In this document: piece by piece, positions 62,313-64,000 of the stretch
Layout: each line of letters starts with the position of its first letter
How positions within the stretch are numbered: the stretch's first letter is position 1
DNA from: a virus
Virus record (IMG/VR): IMGVR_UViG_3300003316_000080
Coordinates: 3,483-67,482 of that record
Reading direction: 5' to 3' (one strand)
DNA length: 64,000 bases
Notes under the pieces: generated by a model
What the model saw: only the letters and a program-made list of their open reading frames with translations
Told to the model about the DNA's origin: nothing
Database searches by the model: none
Position numbers and translations under genes: made by a program

Positions 62313-63284
62313 TCAAACCGTCAGGGACACTTCATTGCCGGCCGCCCGCTGCAGGCCGGCCAGGGTGCCGAAGGTGAAGGCCAGCGCCATGTCCTCATCG
62401 CCCCGGATGCGGCGCATCAGGTCAGCACCGGGCTTGATGCCCTGCTCTTCCATCAGCTTCGCGAGCGCCTCAGACACTTCCAGGCCCAGCTTGTTCAGTT
62501 CGGCGTCGGTCAGGGCACGCATCTTGGCGACACGGCCGCGCTTGGCTTCCTTCTCCACGCGCTTGCGCTCGACGTCGCGCTTGACCTCGGCCAGTTCGCC
62601 TTTGTCCTTGGCGCTGACGGCGCGGCGCGTCAGTTCCTTCTGGGCTTCCTTGTCGCCCTTGGCCGCCGTGGCGATCTCCTTGGCGAGGGTGGCGCCCATC
62701 TTGCCCTTCTTGACGGCATCCTTGACCTCGTCGTCGGCCGAGATCAGGTTGAGCGTCTTGATGACGTGGGGGCCCGACCGCGACACGACAGCCTTGATGC
62801 CTTCGATCGTCAGGCCCTCTGCTCGCATGTCGGCGTAGAACGCAGCTTCTTCGAGAGGCTCCATGTTCTTGGCGGCGTTGGCCTCAGCCATCTCGATCAG
62901 TTCTTCCAGGCGCGTCATCGGCGGCGACACCAGAGCGCCGATGCCCTCGGGGAAGTTATACGCCAGTTCGTGCTTGGGGTCTTTGGCGTAGTGCTCCAGC
63001 ATCAGGTCGATCGCGGCCATGCGGCGCTTGCCGTCCTTCAGACGGTACTTCTTGCCGTCGATGGGCTCCTTCAGTTCGATCAGGTGCACGTCATGCAGCA
63101 GGCCACCGGCGCGGCCGACGTCGACCGCTTGGTGCTTGATGGAGCGCGCGAGGCCCTCCAGGTCACCGAGGTCGTACCGCTTGTTGTTGGCGTTGTCGGT
63201 GGTGATCTGGTCACGCTTGACCATCATCCGTTCCACCGGATGCACCGGCTTGCTGCTGTCCTTCAGGGTGGCTCGTTTCGTCAT
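62313..63284 (-). CDS. ParB-like protein (partition or nuclease-type)
   Basis: ParB N-terminal-type motifs KRYDLGDLEGLARSIKHQ and YRLKDGKRRMAAIDL; Lys/Glu-rich C-terminus. Confidence 0.6.
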   Translation of the reverse strand: MTKRATLKDSSKPVHPVERMMVKRDQITTDNANNKRYDLGDLEGLARSIKHQAVDVGRAGGLLHDVHLIELKEPIDGKKYRLKDGKRRMAAIDLMLEHYAKDPKHELAYNFPEGIGALVSPPMTRLEELIEMAEANAAKNMEPLEEAAFYADMRAEGLTIEGIKAVVSRSGPHVIKTLNLISADDEVKDAVKKGKMGATLAKEIATAAKGDKEAQKELTRRAVSAKDKGELAEVKRDVERKRVEKEAKRGRVAKMRALTDAELNKLGLEVSEALAKLMEEQGIKPGADLMRRIRGDEDMALAFTFGTLAGLQRAAGNEVSLTV

Positions 63285-63333
63285 GATTTTCTCCAGGGAA
63301 TGTGGTGATGTTGAACAGGGGACCGCGTTTATA

Positions 63334-63669
63334 TCAGCAGAGGTAGAACGCGGAGTAACCGGAAATGGTGTTGGCGTGAAGTGCGACCGTGAGTTGGACG
63401 GTCGGCCCACCACGCATGCGCGCCGCCATGTCCGTCAGCATCTCGATCAGAGAGGTCCGCGTGACCTGCACCGCACATTCGTAGTGCTGCGACTGTTGGC
63501 GCGGCGGCTGGTGGGGAGTGTTCGCTTCCTGACGCACCTTCGCATACACGAAGAACTCCGTCTTCGAGCGCTGCGACCGCACCAGATCAAGGGTCTGGCT
63601 GATCGTCAACGTGTGCGTCTGCTCGCGCTCGATCTTGTCGATCGTCTTGTCCGTGGTTTCAGTGTTCAC
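63334..63669 (-). CDS. hypothetical protein
   Basis: GAGAGGAAG RBS then GTG. Confidence 0.4.
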   Translation of the reverse strand: MNTETTDKTIDKIEREQTHTLTISQTLDLVRSQRSKTEFFVYAKVRQEANTPHQPPRQQSQHYECAVQVTRTSLIEMLTDMAARMRGGPTVQLTVALHANTISGYSAFYLC

Positions 63670-63680
63670 GTGTCTTCCTC

Positions 63681-63911
63681 TCACCTGTGAATTTCGGTAA
63701 CGGTCCACCCGAAAGAGCGCCAGCGCTCCTTGTTGGGCTCTTGATGGGCAGGCATGTCCGCGCCCAGTTGAACTTCACGCTTGCGCCAAGCCGCGTCGCC
63801 ATCTGCGGCGATCTCCCACACGTCTTCGGAACGCATCGGAAAGGATTGGTCAGAACGCAGCATGTCCAAAGGGAATGGCGAGTTTCCAGTGACGGTGTAG
63901 ATGACTCTCAT
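63681..63911 (-). CDS. hypothetical protein
   Basis: AGGAAG RBS then ATG. Confidence 0.4.
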   Translation of the reverse strand: MRVIYTVTGNSPFPLDMLRSDQSFPMRSEDVWEIAADGDAAWRKREVQLGADMPAHQEPNKERWRSFGWTVTEIHR

Positions 63912-64000
63912 GTGTTTGTCTTCCTGTGAACTAACTCTATGCACAAGCGCCCAGCAGGCGCTGTGTGGCTAGGGTCAGCCGGAGCCGTCGCCGTCGCCGT

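Noticed and set aside
62280-63308. 342-aa plus-strand ORF
   Set aside because: Antisense to the ParB-like gene, which has recognisable motifs, RBS and terminator.
1-64000. CRISPR array or other long tandem repeats
   Set aside because: No regularly spaced direct repeats with unique spacers; the only recurrent short elements are the palindromic motif and promoter elements described above.

Overview
This window reads as a contiguous stretch of a high-GC tailed-phage (myovirus-type) genome or prophage, densely packed with genes. Left to right: (1) 1-19.7 kb, a plus-strand replication/recombination module: 5'-3' exonuclease (5' partial), DnaB-like helicase, SNF2-like helicase, primase, sliding clamp, UDG-domain fused to a family A DNA polymerase, clamp loader, gp32-like SSB, RecA/UvsX-like recombinase, RuvC-like resolvase, SbcD/SbcC. 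(2) 19.7-23.4 kb, two orphan DNA methyltransferases: a C5-cytosine MTase, and an N6/N4 (DPPY) MTase whose open frame is interrupted by two out-of-frame HNH endonuclease genes. (3) 23.5-27.5 kb, a divergent block of small genes. (4) 27.5-29.6 kb, terminase small and large subunits, the large subunit carrying a mini-intein. (5) 29.6-34.8 kb, an accessory island between terminase and portal, including a 745-aa protein with a C-terminal polysaccharide-deacetylase-like domain and a third HNH gene. (6) 34.8-55.7 kb, portal, head morphogenesis, protease/scaffold, major capsid, a GIY-YIG endonuclease, neck proteins, sheath, tube, chaperone with a -1 frameshift site, tape measure, baseplate, and two tail fibre/spike proteins. 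(7) 55.8-57.5 kb, lysis cassette. (8) 57.4-64 kb, a leftward-transcribed module (J-domain protein, small proteins, ParB-like protein) with repeated promoter-like elements. No rRNA, tRNA or CRISPR array was recognised. All calls rest on motif recognition by eye in the supplied translations; no database search was run. Coordinates of non-coding motifs were counted by hand and may be off by 1-2 nt.
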